Below, in pieces: positions 40,365-51,044 of a DNA stretch of 64,000 nt. Where the stretch lies: contig DCTY01000036.1 of NCBI GenBank assembly GCA_002329335.1, positions 22,169-86,168 of the forward strand. The letters run 5' to 3'. The position numbers were made by a program, and so were the translations under genes. The stretch is from Christensenella sp. UBA1428 (GTDB taxonomy: Bacteria; Bacillota; Clostridia; Christensenellales; UBA1750). The notes beneath the pieces were generated by a model. That model did not search any database. It was not told where the DNA came from and saw only the letters and a list, made by a program, of their open reading frames with translations. Within the stretch, counting starts at the first letter, position 1. The number at the start of each line of letters is the position of its first letter.

Positions 40365-40675
40365 TGCTGCGCCTCCCGCTGTAAATTAAACGTTCAAAAC
40401 GCTTTCTCTGTTTCAATTATAACAAATTTGCGCCGCGATTAAAAGCGGCGCGGAGATAAGTTTAAGAAAGTTTATGCAGGTAACAGGTCCGTTTGCCAAA
40501 TCCGATCCGGATGTGCCTGGGCGGCAGCAAACGTCGTGGATGGAAAATGACAAAACCAACAGGATAAAACTTTGGAAAAAAGAAATCCGAACCTGTGACC
40601 GATTGGCCGCAGGTTCGGATGCGCTTATATGGATTGGGATGCGTGGCTGGGCGGCATGCCGCAGCGGCGTCTTGG

Positions 40676-42907
40676 CTATATGACCTCATGGAAGGTACGG
40701 GAGATGACCTCGCGCTGCTGCTCGCGCGACAGCTTGTTGAAATTGACCGCATAGCCGGAAACGCGGATGGTCAGGTTGGGGTAATTTTCCGGGTGTTCAT
40801 AGGCGTCCATCAGGGTTTGGCGATTGAGCACATTGACGTTGAGATGATGCGCGCCCTGGCCGAAATACCCGTCGAGCAGATGCACCAGGTTTTCCGAGCG
40901 CGCCTGCTCGGTTTTGCCCAGCGCCTGCGGCACGATGGAGAAGGTGTTGGAAATGCCGTCCTTGCATACCTGATAGGACAGCTTGGCAACCGAGTTGAGC
41001 GCAGCCAGCGCGCCGTTTTGCTCGCGTCCATGCATGGGATTGGCGCCGGGGGCAAACGGTTCGCCTCTTTTGCGCCCGTCCGGTGTGGAGCCGGTCTTTT
41101 TGCCGTATACGACGTTGGAGGTGATCGTCAGAATCGACAGCGTCGGCTCAGCGTCGCGATAAAGCGGGTGTTTTTTCAGTTCGTCGTGGAACTTTTTGAC
41201 CTGCTCGCAGGCAATCTGATCCACCCGGTCGTCGTCGTTGCCATAGGCCGGATACGTTCCTTCAATCTCAAAATCGCAGATCAGCCCGGTTTGCTCGTCG
41301 CGAATGGGGCGTACCCGGGCATAGCGGATGGCGGAGAGCGAGTCGGCGACAACCGAAAGCCCGGCGGCGCCAAAGGCCATGAACCGATGCACATTGGTAT
41401 CGTGCAGCGCCATCTGCGTCTTTTCATAGGCATATTTGTCGTGCATATAATGGATGACGTTCATGGTGTTGGCATACAGCCCCGCCAGCCATTGCCGGTA
41501 AAAGTCCAGCCGCTGGCACACTTTGTCATAATCGAGCACATCGTCCTCATAGACCGGCATCACAGGGCCGACCTGTTCGTTTTTGATTTCGTCGCGGCCG
41601 CCGTTGAGCGCCATTAAAAGCAGCTTGGCCAGATTGGCGCGCGCGCCGAAAAACTGCATGTCCTTGCCCACGCGCATTGCCGAGACGCAGCAGGCGATGG
41701 CGTAATCGTCGCCGAAAATGGGGCGCATCAGGTCGTCGTTTTCGTACTGGATGGCGTCCGTATCGCAGGAAACCCTGGCGCAGAAGCGTTTAAACGGCTC
41801 CGGAAGCGCCTGCGACCACAGCACCGTCAAATTGGGCTCGGGCGCGGGCTTGAGATTGTAGAGCGTGTTGAGCATGCGGTAGGTGTTTTTGGTCACCAGC
41901 GTGCGGCCGTCCTGCCCCATGCCGCCCAGCGCCTCGGTAATCCACATCGGGTCGCCGCCAAACAGCTCGTTGTATTCGGGCGTGCGCAGGTGCCGCGCCA
42001 TGCGCAGCTTGATGACCAGATCGTCCATCAGCTCCTGCGCCTGCTGCTCGGTGAGCAGACCGGCTTTCAAGTCGCGCTCAAAGTAGATATCCAGGAACGT
42101 GGCGGTGCGCCCAAAGCTCATCGCCGCGCCGTTTTGCTCCTTGATAGCGCCCAGATAGGCAAAATACAGCCACTGCACCGCCTCGTGTGCGTTGGCTGCG
42201 GGGCGGGAAATATCGCAGCCGTACATGGCCGCCATGTCGACGAGCATGCCAAGGAAATTGATCTGCTGGAAAAGCTCCTCCTGCTGGCGGATATGCTCCA
42301 CGTCCATCGGTTCCAGCGCCAGAGCGGCCTTGTCCTTCTTTTTCTGCTCGATCAGATACGCCACGCCGTAGAGCGGAACGCGCCGGTAATCGCCGATGAT
42401 CCGGCCGCGGCCATAGGCGTCGGGCAGGCCGGTGATCAGCCCGCAGTGGCGCGCTGCGCGCATCTGGCTGTTGTACGCGCGAAAAACGCCGTCGTTATGG
42501 GTGGTGCGGAATTTAAATTCTTCCTCGACTTTGGAGGAAAGCTCATAGCCGTAGGCGCGGCAGGCGTCGCGCGTCATGCGCAGCCCCCCAAAGGGATTGA
42601 CCCCGCGCTTGAGGGGCCGGTCGGTCTGCAGGCCGACGATCAGCTCATTTTCCCGATCCAGATAGCCGGGCTTGTAGGTCAAAAGCGACATGACCGTGTG
42701 CGTGTCCACGTCCAGCACGCCGCCGAACTCCTGTTCCAGAGTCATGAGGTTTTCAAGCTTGTGCAGCAGTTTTTCGGTGCGCGCCGTCGGGCCGGTCAAA
42801 AAAGCGCCGTCCGATTCATAGGGCGTGTAGTTTTGCTGGATAAAATCGCGTACGTCGATGGTTTCCTGCCAGCGGCCGGGGTTGAAGCCTTCCCATTGTG
42901 CGGTCAT
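40676..42907 (-). CDS. pflB: Formate C-acetyltransferase (pyruvate formate-lyase)
   Basis: 743 aa. Active-site ACCVSAM and glycyl-radical motif RVSGYAV. RBS AAGGAGG. Confidence 0.95.
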   Translation of the reverse strand: MTAQWEGFNPGRWQETIDVRDFIQQNYTPYESDGAFLTGPTARTEKLLHKLENLMTLEQEFGGVLDVDTHTVMSLLTYKPGYLDRENELIVGLQTDRPLKRGVNPFGGLRMTRDACRAYGYELSSKVEEEFKFRTTHNDGVFRAYNSQMRAARHCGLITGLPDAYGRGRIIGDYRRVPLYGVAYLIEQKKKDKAALALEPMDVEHIRQQEELFQQINFLGMLVDMAAMYGCDISRPAANAHEAVQWLYFAYLGAIKEQNGAAMSFGRTATFLDIYFERDLKAGLLTEQQAQELMDDLVIKLRMARHLRTPEYNELFGGDPMWITEALGGMGQDGRTLVTKNTYRMLNTLYNLKPAPEPNLTVLWSQALPEPFKRFCARVSCDTDAIQYENDDLMRPIFGDDYAIACCVSAMRVGKDMQFFGARANLAKLLLMALNGGRDEIKNEQVGPVMPVYEDDVLDYDKVCQRLDFYRQWLAGLYANTMNVIHYMHDKYAYEKTQMALHDTNVHRFMAFGAAGLSVVADSLSAIRYARVRPIRDEQTGLICDFEIEGTYPAYGNDDDRVDQIACEQVKKFHDELKKHPLYRDAEPTLSILTITSNVVYGKKTGSTPDGRKRGEPFAPGANPMHGREQNGALAALNSVAKLSYQVCKDGISNTFSIVPQALGKTEQARSENLVHLLDGYFGQGAHHLNVNVLNRQTLMDAYEHPENYPNLTIRVSGYAVNFNKLSREQQREVISRTFHEVI

Positions 42908-43219
42908 TTCAGACGCCTCCTTTTTTTATCAAAACACCGCCTGCTGTCTTTTTGAAAACAAAAAGACAGCATCAAAAGCGATGCTGCCCAGACGGTCGGC
43001 TGTTGTCGGCGCTCATTCCCCTGTGGTAATCCACAAAACCCGTCAGTCATAAGCACCCCTGATCTGCCTTCACTATAGCACAGCGCGCCGGAGGCGTCAA
43101 GGGTGCGCGGCAAAAAAGAAATTTGGCCGAAAAAATGGACAGGACGGCAAAAAAGCGATATAATAAAGCTGCAACGATATTTTCATAATTTTGTGTCAAA
43201 CCCGAAAGGAGTGTCTGTT

Positions 43220-44749
43220 TTGACCGGATCTTACGCGCTTTTGACAAAGTCCCCTGAAAGCCTGGGAATTCCCAGCGCTGCGATTTTGAAGTATCTGAAA
43301 ACGCTCGACGCCGCAGGCGTGAACATGCACGGCTTTTTGCTGGCGCGCCACAGCAGCATTGCCGCCGAGGGCTATTACGCGCCCTTTTATCAGGGGCAGC
43401 TGCACCGGATGTATTCCACCAGCAAAAGCTTTGCTTCCTTTGCCATCGGGCTATTGGTGGACGACGGCAAAGTGCGCCTGACGGATAAAATTGCCTCCCA
43501 TTTTCCGGATAAGCTGCCCAAAACGCCGCTGCATCCGTATATCGAAGCGATGACCGTGCGCGATCTGCTGATGATGTCCACCTGTTTTGCCGGGACAACG
43601 TATAACCGCGTCAATGTGGACTATGAGGATCCGACCGATTGGGTTGCGACGTTTTTTGCCTGTCCGCCGGATCGCTATCCCGGCCAGACGTTTGTTTACG
43701 ATACCTCGGCCAGCACCGTTCTGGGCGCGCTTGCCGAACGGCTCACCGGCATGACCGTGCCGGATTTCCTGCGCGCGCGGGGATTTGAACAGTTGGGCTT
43801 TTCCCGGGAAGCCACCGCGGTGAAAACCGAGTCCGGCGAGTTTTCCTGGATGGGCTCGGGGCTTTTATGCTCGCTGCGCGATCTGGCGCTGTTTGCCCAG
43901 GTTTGTCTGGGTCAGGGCGAGCTCAACGGCCGGCGTATCATCAGCCGGGAATATATCGCCGCGGCGACGTCCAAGCAGATTGACAATTCCCTTTCCGGGC
44001 GCGAATACGGCTATGGCTATCAGTTCTGGATGAGCCGCGCAGGCTTTAACTGCTCCGGCTTGGGCGGACAGATGGCGTATTGCCTGCCGGGCAAGGACGC
44101 GTTTTTGGCGACGATCGCCGATACGCAGGGCCAGAGCTGGGCCGGCGCCGTCATGGAGGACGCGCTGCACAGCTGCATTGTATCGGAAATGACGGAAAAT
44201 CCCCTGCCGGAAAATCCGCAGGATCAAAAAGCGCTGGCGGATTTTATTGCCGGGCTGCATGTCAAGCCGCTTCCCAATACGTTTGTTCCGCAAACGGCCC
44301 AGGAGGTCAGCGGCAGGACCTATCATATGAACGCCAACGACCCCAAAGCGGCGGGCGCGCTTAGCTGGCGCTGGATGAAGGTGGACTTTACTGCGGCGGG
44401 CGGGGCGCTGACCTATGGGGACGATGAAGGCGAAAAAACGCTTGCGTTTGGCTATAACGCCTTTCAGGCGCAGAACTTTCCCGGTTTTGCGCCGCCGGAG
44501 CAGACGCAGGGCAAGCCGATGCTGGTTTATGGTTTCCACAGCAAGCCTGCGCTGACGCTGCCGTGCATGACCAGCGCGGCGTGGGTGGGCGAAAAGACGC
44601 TCAATTTGCTGTGCTATGCCACCGGCGCGTTTTTGGGCACGCTGAAAATGCAGCTGGTCTTTGATCGGGATCATGTGACCGTTCACAGCGTGAAGTTTTC
44701 CGAAAAATTCTGGGAAGACCTGCAGGGCTTCCAGTCCGGGCAGCTTTAA
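43220..44749 (+). CDS. Serine hydrolase (beta-lactamase/transpeptidase-like, class C fold)
   Basis: SxxK motif YSTSKSF and overall beta-lactamase-family N-domain. TTG start 8 nt after GAAAGGAG. Confidence 0.75.
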   Translation: MTGSYALLTKSPESLGIPSAAILKYLKTLDAAGVNMHGFLLARHSSIAAEGYYAPFYQGQLHRMYSTSKSFASFAIGLLVDDGKVRLTDKIASHFPDKLPKTPLHPYIEAMTVRDLLMMSTCFAGTTYNRVNVDYEDPTDWVATFFACPPDRYPGQTFVYDTSASTVLGALAERLTGMTVPDFLRARGFEQLGFSREATAVKTESGEFSWMGSGLLCSLRDLALFAQVCLGQGELNGRRIISREYIAAATSKQIDNSLSGREYGYGYQFWMSRAGFNCSGLGGQMAYCLPGKDAFLATIADTQGQSWAGAVMEDALHSCIVSEMTENPLPENPQDQKALADFIAGLHVKPLPNTFVPQTAQEVSGRTYHMNANDPKAAGALSWRWMKVDFTAAGGALTYGDDEGEKTLAFGYNAFQAQNFPGFAPPEQTQGKPMLVYGFHSKPALTLPCMTSAAWVGEKTLNLLCYATGAFLGTLKMQLVFDRDHVTVHSVKFSEKFWEDLQGFQSGQL

Positions 44750-44751
44750 AA

Positions 44752-44962
44752 CGGTCAGCAAAATATATTTGAGAAAGATTTGTCAATAAGCCGTCGTTGT
44801 CTGGACGTCAATTCCGGCGTCGGCGGCGGATAAAAGCGCAAGCGTTCCTTGCGTTGCAGCCATGCAAGCGTATTTTGGCGCGCGGCAGGGGCGCTGCATA
44901 TGAAAGCGAAAGCGCTGGTTTTATTTGAGGCTGCCGAAAGGACTTTTCGACAGCCTCATTGT
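44752..44962 (-). repeat. Multi-hairpin intergenic repeat, copy E (reverse orientation, near full length but diverged)
   Basis: Contains GAGGCTGCCGAAAGG/CTTTTCGACAGCCTC, GTTGCAGCCATGCAAGCGT...GCGCGCGGCAG and CAATTCCGGCGTCGGCGGC, alignable to copies A and C. Flanked by AAAACGG on both sides. Confidence 0.7.
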
Positions 44963-45035
44963 TAGAACCGCGCCGGAACAAAACGGATAAAAATTGAAAT
45001 ACCGGCGGAATCTGCCGGATCAGCGAGGCCTGACG

Positions 45036-46406
45036 ATGAAAGCATCCAAAGACGCGCATTACCAGAAAATGACCCAAACGCCGGTTGAAAAACTGACGCT
45101 TTCACTGGCGCTGCCCGCGGTTGTGAGCATCCTGATCACCATGGTCTATAATATGGCCGACACCTGGTTTGTTTCCAGAATCAGCACGACCGCCGTGGCC
45201 GCCGTCGGCGTTTCCTTTTCCATCACGACCTTCAGCAATGCGGTCGGCTTCCTGTTCGGCATGGGCAGCGGCACCAGCATCGGCCGGCTGCTCGGGGCGA
45301 AAAAAATCGACGAAGCCAGCAAAATTGGATCGACCGGGTTTTTTGCCGCCATTTTCTTTTGCGCGGCGCTTGGTGCGGCGGCGCTTTTGTGCATCAAACC
45401 GCTGATGCGCTTTTTGGGCGCGAGCGACGCGGTGCTGCCGGAGGCGTGCGCCTATGGCAAATACATTTTGATGGGGCTGCCGGTGATGTGCTCCTCGCTG
45501 GTGATGAGCACAATCCTGCGCTGCGAGGGCCGGACAAAGCTTTCCATGCTGGGCATCGGCGCGGGCGGCGTGCTCAATATGGCGCTGGACCCGCTTTTGA
45601 TGTTTGGCCTGAAGCTTGGCGTGGCGGGCGCGGCGATCGCCACGCTGATCAGCCAGTGCGTCAGCTGGGCGTTGCTGCTGAGCTTTTATCTGACCGGAAA
45701 AAGCGCGCTGCGCCTGTCCCTGCGCCGCGCCAGCTTCCGTTTTGAGACGTTCCGTACGATCCTGACCACCGGCTTTCCGTCGCTGTGCCGCCACCTGATC
45801 AGCACGCTGGCCAACATTGCGCTCAACACCAGCGCCGGCTGGGCGGGCGGGGATACGGCCATTGCCGCCATGGCGATTGTGTCCAAAATCGTCAGCCTGA
45901 GCCTGGCGGTGTCTACCGGCGTGGGGCAGGGGGCGCAGACCGTGTTTGCCTACAACAAGGGCGCCGGGCTGGACGGCCGCGTCCGGCGCGCGTTTTTCTT
46001 CACGCTTTTGTTCAATACCGCGCAGATGGCGGTAATCTGTGTGGCGCTTGGCATTTTTGCCAGGCAGATACTGGCGCTTTTTCGGGCGGACGATCCGGCG
46101 GTGCTTCAAACCGGCGTGCAGGCGCTGCGGCTGCAAAGCGTGACCATTTTGCTTACGCCCTGGAACAGCCTGGTCAATCAGCTGTTTCAATCCGTGGGCG
46201 AGTCGGGCAAATCGTCGGTTCTGGCGTCGCTGCGCCAAGGGGTTTATTTCATTCCGGCGGTGTTTTTGCTGCCGGCGGCCTTTGGCGTGACGGGCGTTCT
46301 GCTGGCGCAGCCTGTGGCCGATGTGCTGACGGCCCTGACCGTGCTGCCGTTTTTAATCCTTTATCTGAAGCGTACTGCCGGGCGCATGCGGGCGCTGGCG
46401 GCGTGA
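45036..46406 (+). CDS. MATE-family efflux transporter
   Basis: Polytopic. LSLALPAVVSILITMVYNMADTWFVS N-terminal MATE pattern. Start uncertain (TTG 44994 or ATG 45036). Confidence 0.85.
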   Translation: MKASKDAHYQKMTQTPVEKLTLSLALPAVVSILITMVYNMADTWFVSRISTTAVAAVGVSFSITTFSNAVGFLFGMGSGTSIGRLLGAKKIDEASKIGSTGFFAAIFFCAALGAAALLCIKPLMRFLGASDAVLPEACAYGKYILMGLPVMCSSLVMSTILRCEGRTKLSMLGIGAGGVLNMALDPLLMFGLKLGVAGAAIATLISQCVSWALLLSFYLTGKSALRLSLRRASFRFETFRTILTTGFPSLCRHLISTLANIALNTSAGWAGGDTAIAAMAIVSKIVSLSLAVSTGVGQGAQTVFAYNKGAGLDGRVRRAFFFTLLFNTAQMAVICVALGIFARQILALFRADDPAVLQTGVQALRLQSVTILLTPWNSLVNQLFQSVGESGKSSVLASLRQGVYFIPAVFLLPAAFGVTGVLLAQPVADVLTALTVLPFLILYLKRTAGRMRALAA

Positions 46407-46494
46407 ATAGACGGCCGGAGGACACAAAAGGGTTCGCCTGCTATGCGTATTTTAAGCGCATCGGTTTGCGGCAATCCAATAAGGGGGGCGTGAG

Positions 46495-46815
46495 ATGAAA
46501 AAACGCATCCGGGCATGGAGTCCATATATCGTCCTGCTGGCGCTGGATTTTTATCTGCTTCCGCTGCTGATTCGCGATACGGGATCGGGCATGCTGATGC
46601 TGCTGTGCATTATGCCGCTGACCGCGTTTATCTGCGCCCTGATTGGCGGTATCCGCCGCGGGTTTGATCTGGTTCTTCCCCTTGCGGGGATCCTTCTTTT
46701 TGCGCCGACGGTTTTGATCTATTACAACGCAACCGCATGGCCGTATGGGATCGTTTACGGCGGTGTGCTTTTTGCAGGCGTCGGCCTGGGCGGCATATTT
46801 TATAAAAAACGATAA
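46495..46815 (+). CDS. Hypothetical small membrane protein
   Basis: 106 aa, 3-4 TM helices. RBS AAGGGGGG. Confidence 0.6.
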   Translation: MKKRIRAWSPYIVLLALDFYLLPLLIRDTGSGMLMLLCIMPLTAFICALIGGIRRGFDLVLPLAGILLFAPTVLIYYNATAWPYGIVYGGVLFAGVGLGGIFYKKR

Positions 46816-46956
46816 TCCTTTGCCGCGCGCCGTCCGGCTCCGACGCAGAAACCAGGAGCAATTGCGGCGGCGATGGCGCAAGATTTATCCAAAAAACGCT
46901 TTCGGGCTTGATTTCCCGAAAGCGTTTTGCGTAGATAAGAGGGCATGCGCCGGCTG

Positions 46957-47625
46957 CTATTGGCGGGCGCTTTTGCGCATCAGGGCGGCGCTGATTGGCA
47001 GGAACAGGCCGGGAATCAGACGCGTACCCAGCATTGAGGCAAGGTGAAGCGTCGTTGTGACCCCGGCGGCGATGGAATATTCGATTTGCGCCGGAATCGC
47101 CAGCAACGCCAGGCCGATCAGCGCATGCAGCAGCGCCAGCAGCTTTTGCGCCGCGCTGCCGGTTAAAACGCCGGTGACAAACAGCGTCAGCGGCATTGCC
47201 GCCATGACAAAAGGGCCGGACAGCTCGATCACGCGCCCGGGCTGTTCCAGAGCAAACCAGGCGGCAAGACGCTGCCCCGCCGCGCCGTAGAGCGTGACGC
47301 CCAAAAGCATGCCGCCCCATATGTCGATCAGCTGCAGCGCAGTGTTTCGCGCCAGACGCCGCTGCGCGCTGCGGCAGGAAAGATACGCTGCCAATACGGC
47401 GATCAGCGCGGCCAGCTGGATCCCCTGCTGCACATAAGCGGCAATGGCAACGCGCTGCCCAATGGGCAGCGTTTGCCCCAGCAAATGCCAGATGCCCAGC
47501 GTATTGGCGGCGGACAAAAGCCCCTGCGCCGTCCAAAAAATCCCCGCAGCCGTTAAAAACCGCGCCGGCAGGGCAAGCTCCGATTGTGCGCCCGGGATGC
47601 CGGCGTCTGATGTCTGTGCATGCAT
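46957..47625 (-). CDS. Hypothetical integral membrane protein
   Basis: 222 aa, multiple TM helices. RBS GGAGG. Preferred over the overlapping Arg-rich 364-aa frame. Confidence 0.6.
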   Translation of the reverse strand: MHAQTSDAGIPGAQSELALPARFLTAAGIFWTAQGLLSAANTLGIWHLLGQTLPIGQRVAIAAYVQQGIQLAALIAVLAAYLSCRSAQRRLARNTALQLIDIWGGMLLGVTLYGAAGQRLAAWFALEQPGRVIELSGPFVMAAMPLTLFVTGVLTGSAAQKLLALLHALIGLALLAIPAQIEYSIAAGVTTTLHLASMLGTRLIPGLFLPISAALMRKSARQ

Positions 47626-47673
47626 GCGATACCTCCGATTGCTTTTTGACCGTATAACTCGTATGCGACTGCC

Positions 47674-48723
47674 TTACCCCTCGGGCGATGCGAGAAATTC
47701 CCGCACAAAATCGTCGTCGCAAAGGTGTGGGTACATGGTATAAACGCGGTCGATCTGCTCAGCCTGGCCGGGCGAAAGCGTCTCCTGCGGGTCTAAGCAC
47801 CAAATACCGGGCATCAGCCCCTGCCGGCGCAGCACCTCATGAATCCCGGCGATGCAGCCCCGAAAGCCGTTTTGGGTGTCAAAAAAAGCGCTGTTGGCGT
47901 CGGTAATCTGAGCGGCCAGGGTCATCCACTGCGCGTCGATGACGCCGCTGCGCGCAGCGTCTCGCGCTCGGTGGAACAGGTCGACGGCGGTATGGGTCCA
48001 AACCGCCCAATGCCCCAGAAGCCCGCCAACGGTGCGCACAGTGCGGGTTTGTCCGTTGTGCTCAAACTGATAGACGGTCAGCAAATCGCCGATGATATGG
48101 TCGTCGTTGCCGGTGTACAGTGCGGCGCTGCTGCCGGTAAGGGCGATGGCGCGCGCGACGTCGCCGGTAAGGTACCGGTCAAAGGCGGCGCATTTGACCG
48201 CAACAACGTTTGGAATCTGCACCAGCTGCTCCCAGTAATCATAGCGGAATACCCGGCCGCCGACGGCTGGCTGCAGATAAAAACCGATTACCGGCAGCAC
48301 TTCGGCTACTGCGCGGGTGCGCGCCAGCAAATCCTCCGGCGTCAAGTCGGCAAGGCCGCCGGGGCTGAGCAGCACCGCGTCATAGCCGAGCGATTTTGCA
48401 AGGCGCGCTTCGGCCAGGGCCTGCTGCGTCGGGCCGCAGGCGCCGGCAATTTTCAAAAGCGGCCGCGGATGCCGGCTCGCCCAGGCGTCCATCTCCTGGC
48501 TGACGGTGCGCAGCACCGGCTCCAGAAGGTTGTGCGGACTTTGGCGAATCTCAAATTGAGTCGTATGGACGGCGGCGGCGATACCGTCCGCGCCCGCGGA
48601 CAGATAATAGCGCACCAGACGGCGCTGTCCCTGAGGGTCAAATTGACGGCGCTCGTTTAATACCAGCGGCATGGCCGGCAAAAACGCGCCGCTGCAAAGC
48701 AATGCCATTTTTTCCTTCTGCAT
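47674..48723 (-). CDS. Dihydrodipicolinate-synthase-family (class I aldolase-like TIM barrel) protein
   Basis: 349 aa from MQKEKMALL with RBS GAAAGGAAGG. GADGIAAAVHTTQFEIR and LLSPGG segments resemble DapA/DUF993-type proteins. Confidence 0.65.
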   Translation of the reverse strand: MQKEKMALLCSGAFLPAMPLVLNERRQFDPQGQRRLVRYYLSAGADGIAAAVHTTQFEIRQSPHNLLEPVLRTVSQEMDAWASRHPRPLLKIAGACGPTQQALAEARLAKSLGYDAVLLSPGGLADLTPEDLLARTRAVAEVLPVIGFYLQPAVGGRVFRYDYWEQLVQIPNVVAVKCAAFDRYLTGDVARAIALTGSSAALYTGNDDHIIGDLLTVYQFEHNGQTRTVRTVGGLLGHWAVWTHTAVDLFHRARDAARSGVIDAQWMTLAAQITDANSAFFDTQNGFRGCIAGIHEVLRRQGLMPGIWCLDPQETLSPGQAEQIDRVYTMYPHLCDDDFVREFLASPEG

Positions 48724-48874
48724 GCGAATCCTTCCTTTCTTTCCCGCAGCTGCGCGCAGGCGGGGGAAATCCGTTTTGCGCGCCCTTGCGCGTCGGGCGT
48801 TCCCGGCTTTTTTACAAACCATATCTACATCGGCGGCGGACAGAACCTGCGCGCCGATGCGGGCGCATTAAAAG

Positions 48875-49891
48875 TTAAAAGTTGCCCTTGTTTTCTTCAA
48901 AGTGGGTCGGCTTGTTTAAAAGCCTTCCGCCCTGCAGGATCCATTGCGCCTGCCAGCGGATCAGACGATGCACGCCGTATTGCGGATACCCAAACTGGTC
49001 GATGCAGGCGCCGGCGTTGCTCAGCAGCGCCGTATCGCCGGGATCGTCCTGAAAAACCGGCGTTTTATTGAAATATTGCCCCAGCTGACAGGCCGCCTCG
49101 CGCACGCTGACCGTTTCAGGGCCGGTGACGTTGAGCGCTCTTGCAGGCGACTGCGCCAGAGAAAAGGCGCCCAGCGCGACCTGATTGGCGTAGCCCTGCC
49201 AAACGCAGTTGAACGCCGGAACCTTCAGCGAAATGGGGCGTTCCTCCAAAATCCGCTGCGCAAGATCGCAAAGCACGCCATAGCGCAGGTCTACCGCATA
49301 GTTCAGGCGGTACAGCAATACTTTTGCGCCCAGGCGCAGCGCGGCGTCCTGGAAAATCCGTTCGCGGCCCAGACAGCTCATGGCGTATTCGCCGACCGGG
49401 CCGGGCTGATCCTGTTCGGTACTGCCGCCCCGGTTTAGCGGCGTAAAGGGATAGATGTTGCCGGTTGAAAACACCACATAGCGCGCCGCGCCAAAATGCG
49501 CCGCAGTCATGGCCGGTACGGCGGTGTTCATCATCCAGGTTGCGCCCGCGTTTTCGCCGGTGCCAAACTTGCGCCCGGCCATAAACAGGATGTTTTCTGC
49601 CCGGGGCAGGGCGGCAATCTGCGCCGGGTCGGTCAAATCGGCGCAGATCAGCTCCACGCCGTTTTCTTTCAGCAGCGTTACCGCCTGCGGATCGGAAAAA
49701 CGGGATACGGCGATCACCCGCCGGCTGCGCCCGCTGGCGCGTACCGCGCGCTGCGCCATCACGCACAGGCTGGGGCCGACTTTGCCGCCGGCGCCCAAAA
49801 TGAGGATATCGCCGTCAAGCTTTTCAAAATCGGCGATCAGCGCAGGGCTGGGGGTGCTGAGCAGGTCGTCCAAATAGGCTTCATTCCACAT
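48875..49891 (-). CDS. NAD-dependent epimerase/dehydratase family protein
   Basis: Rossmann ILILGAGGKVGPSL. Start at MWNEAYL with RBS AGGAGGA. Confidence 0.8.
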   Translation of the reverse strand: MWNEAYLDDLLSTPSPALIADFEKLDGDILILGAGGKVGPSLCVMAQRAVRASGRSRRVIAVSRFSDPQAVTLLKENGVELICADLTDPAQIAALPRAENILFMAGRKFGTGENAGATWMMNTAVPAMTAAHFGAARYVVFSTGNIYPFTPLNRGGSTEQDQPGPVGEYAMSCLGRERIFQDAALRLGAKVLLYRLNYAVDLRYGVLCDLAQRILEERPISLKVPAFNCVWQGYANQVALGAFSLAQSPARALNVTGPETVSVREAACQLGQYFNKTPVFQDDPGDTALLSNAGACIDQFGYPQYGVHRLIRWQAQWILQGGRLLNKPTHFEENKGNF

Positions 49892-50214
49892 AGAGATTCC
49901 TCCTGAAACTTCATTGAAAGACAAAAAGAAGACGTTTGTTGGGGCTTGGTTCATTGCGCTTACGATCCGTCGCGGGAATATTAAAAGACCGATCGGGATT
50001 GGGACAAAAACCGCTGGACACGTTGTCGGTCCGACGCGGCAGAAACGGCTGCCCCTGCGGGAAAAAGGCGTTTTACCGGACGATTATGCGCGATGGATGC
50101 TATTGGAAATCGGATCAGGTTCAGTATATCATATAATTTTGAGCGATGCAATAAAATGCGCCCCGGTTTTCGGGGCGCATGGATAATTGGACGCAAAAAG
50201 ATGATTTTATCAGA

Positions 50215-50754
50215 TTATTTTTCCGGAATCAGCAGGCCGTAATCCTTGTCGCGGCGCTGATAAACGGCGCAGACGCCGCCGGTTTCCGTGTTGAGAAACA
50301 GGAAAAAGGTATGCCCTAAAAGCTCCATCTGCTCGATGGCCTCGTCGGGCGTCATGGGTACGACGGTGAACCGTTTTTCGCGCACGATGGCAAAATCGTC
50401 GTCCTCTGCCATCAGCTCGTCCGTCTGGTACAGGTTCGGATCCGGTTCAAAGCCGGTCTTGAGCTTCTTTTCAAGGCGGGTGCGGTGACGGCGAACCTGG
50501 CGTTCAAGCTTTTCACACACTTCGTCGATGGCGGAAAACATATTGTTATCGGCGGATTCCTCGGCGCGAAGAATGCCGCCGCCTGGAATTGGGATGGTTA
50601 CCTCGCAGATATTGCGCAGCTTGCTGACGGTCAGGCGCACCTGGGCTTCCACGTCGTCGCCGAAGAAACGGGACAGCTTGCCCACCTTTTTCTCCACCCG
50701 TTTGGTGAGCGCCTCGGAAATGTTGATGTTCTTGCCTGAGATGGAAATACGCAT
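50215..50754 (-). CDS. hpf: Ribosome hibernation promoting factor (long HPF)
   Basis: MRISISGKNINISEAL...; C-terminal dimerisation domain MTPDEAIEQMELLGHTFFLFLN. RBS AAGGGAGG. Confidence 0.9.
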   Translation of the reverse strand: MRISISGKNINISEALTKRVEKKVGKLSRFFGDDVEAQVRLTVSKLRNICEVTIPIPGGGILRAEESADNNMFSAIDEVCEKLERQVRRHRTRLEKKLKTGFEPDPNLYQTDELMAEDDDFAIVREKRFTVVPMTPDEAIEQMELLGHTFFLFLNTETGGVCAVYQRRDKDYGLLIPEK

Positions 50755-51014
50755 CAGTCAGACCTCCCTTTGATCCGACGGGCAGATTGCCCCGCCGGTG
50801 AATTCAAAAACGGCAGCGCCTGAAAAGATTTTCAATTGTCTGTCGTTCTTTGCTTTAAATAATTCGACGCGGGATTGGAAATCCCTGCACCGGAGCGCAG
50901 GTTTTATTTCTTTTCATAATTTTAACGGGACGCCGATATTTACAAAGCCGTGCCCGTGCGCTACAATAAAATAGCCTAATCCTGCGGATTGGTACTGATG
51001 ATGGAACGTGCAGC

Positions 51015-51044
51015 GCTGCGCCAATGCGCGCAGCATATTTTTTT
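51015..51044 (+). terminator. Terminator-like hairpin plus U-tract inside the trkA 5' leader (candidate attenuator)
   Basis: GCTGCGC-CAATGC-GCGCAGC then ATATTTTTTT. Lies between promoter TTTACA-17-TACAAT (50939-50967) and the trkA RBS. There is no upstream same-strand gene to terminate. Confidence 0.55.

Noticed and set aside
46628-47722. 364-aa minus ORF overlapping the 222-aa membrane-protein frame
   Set aside because: It is Arg/Ala/Gly-rich with no hydrophobic segments. The alternative frame (46957-47625) has TM helices and a GGAGG RBS.
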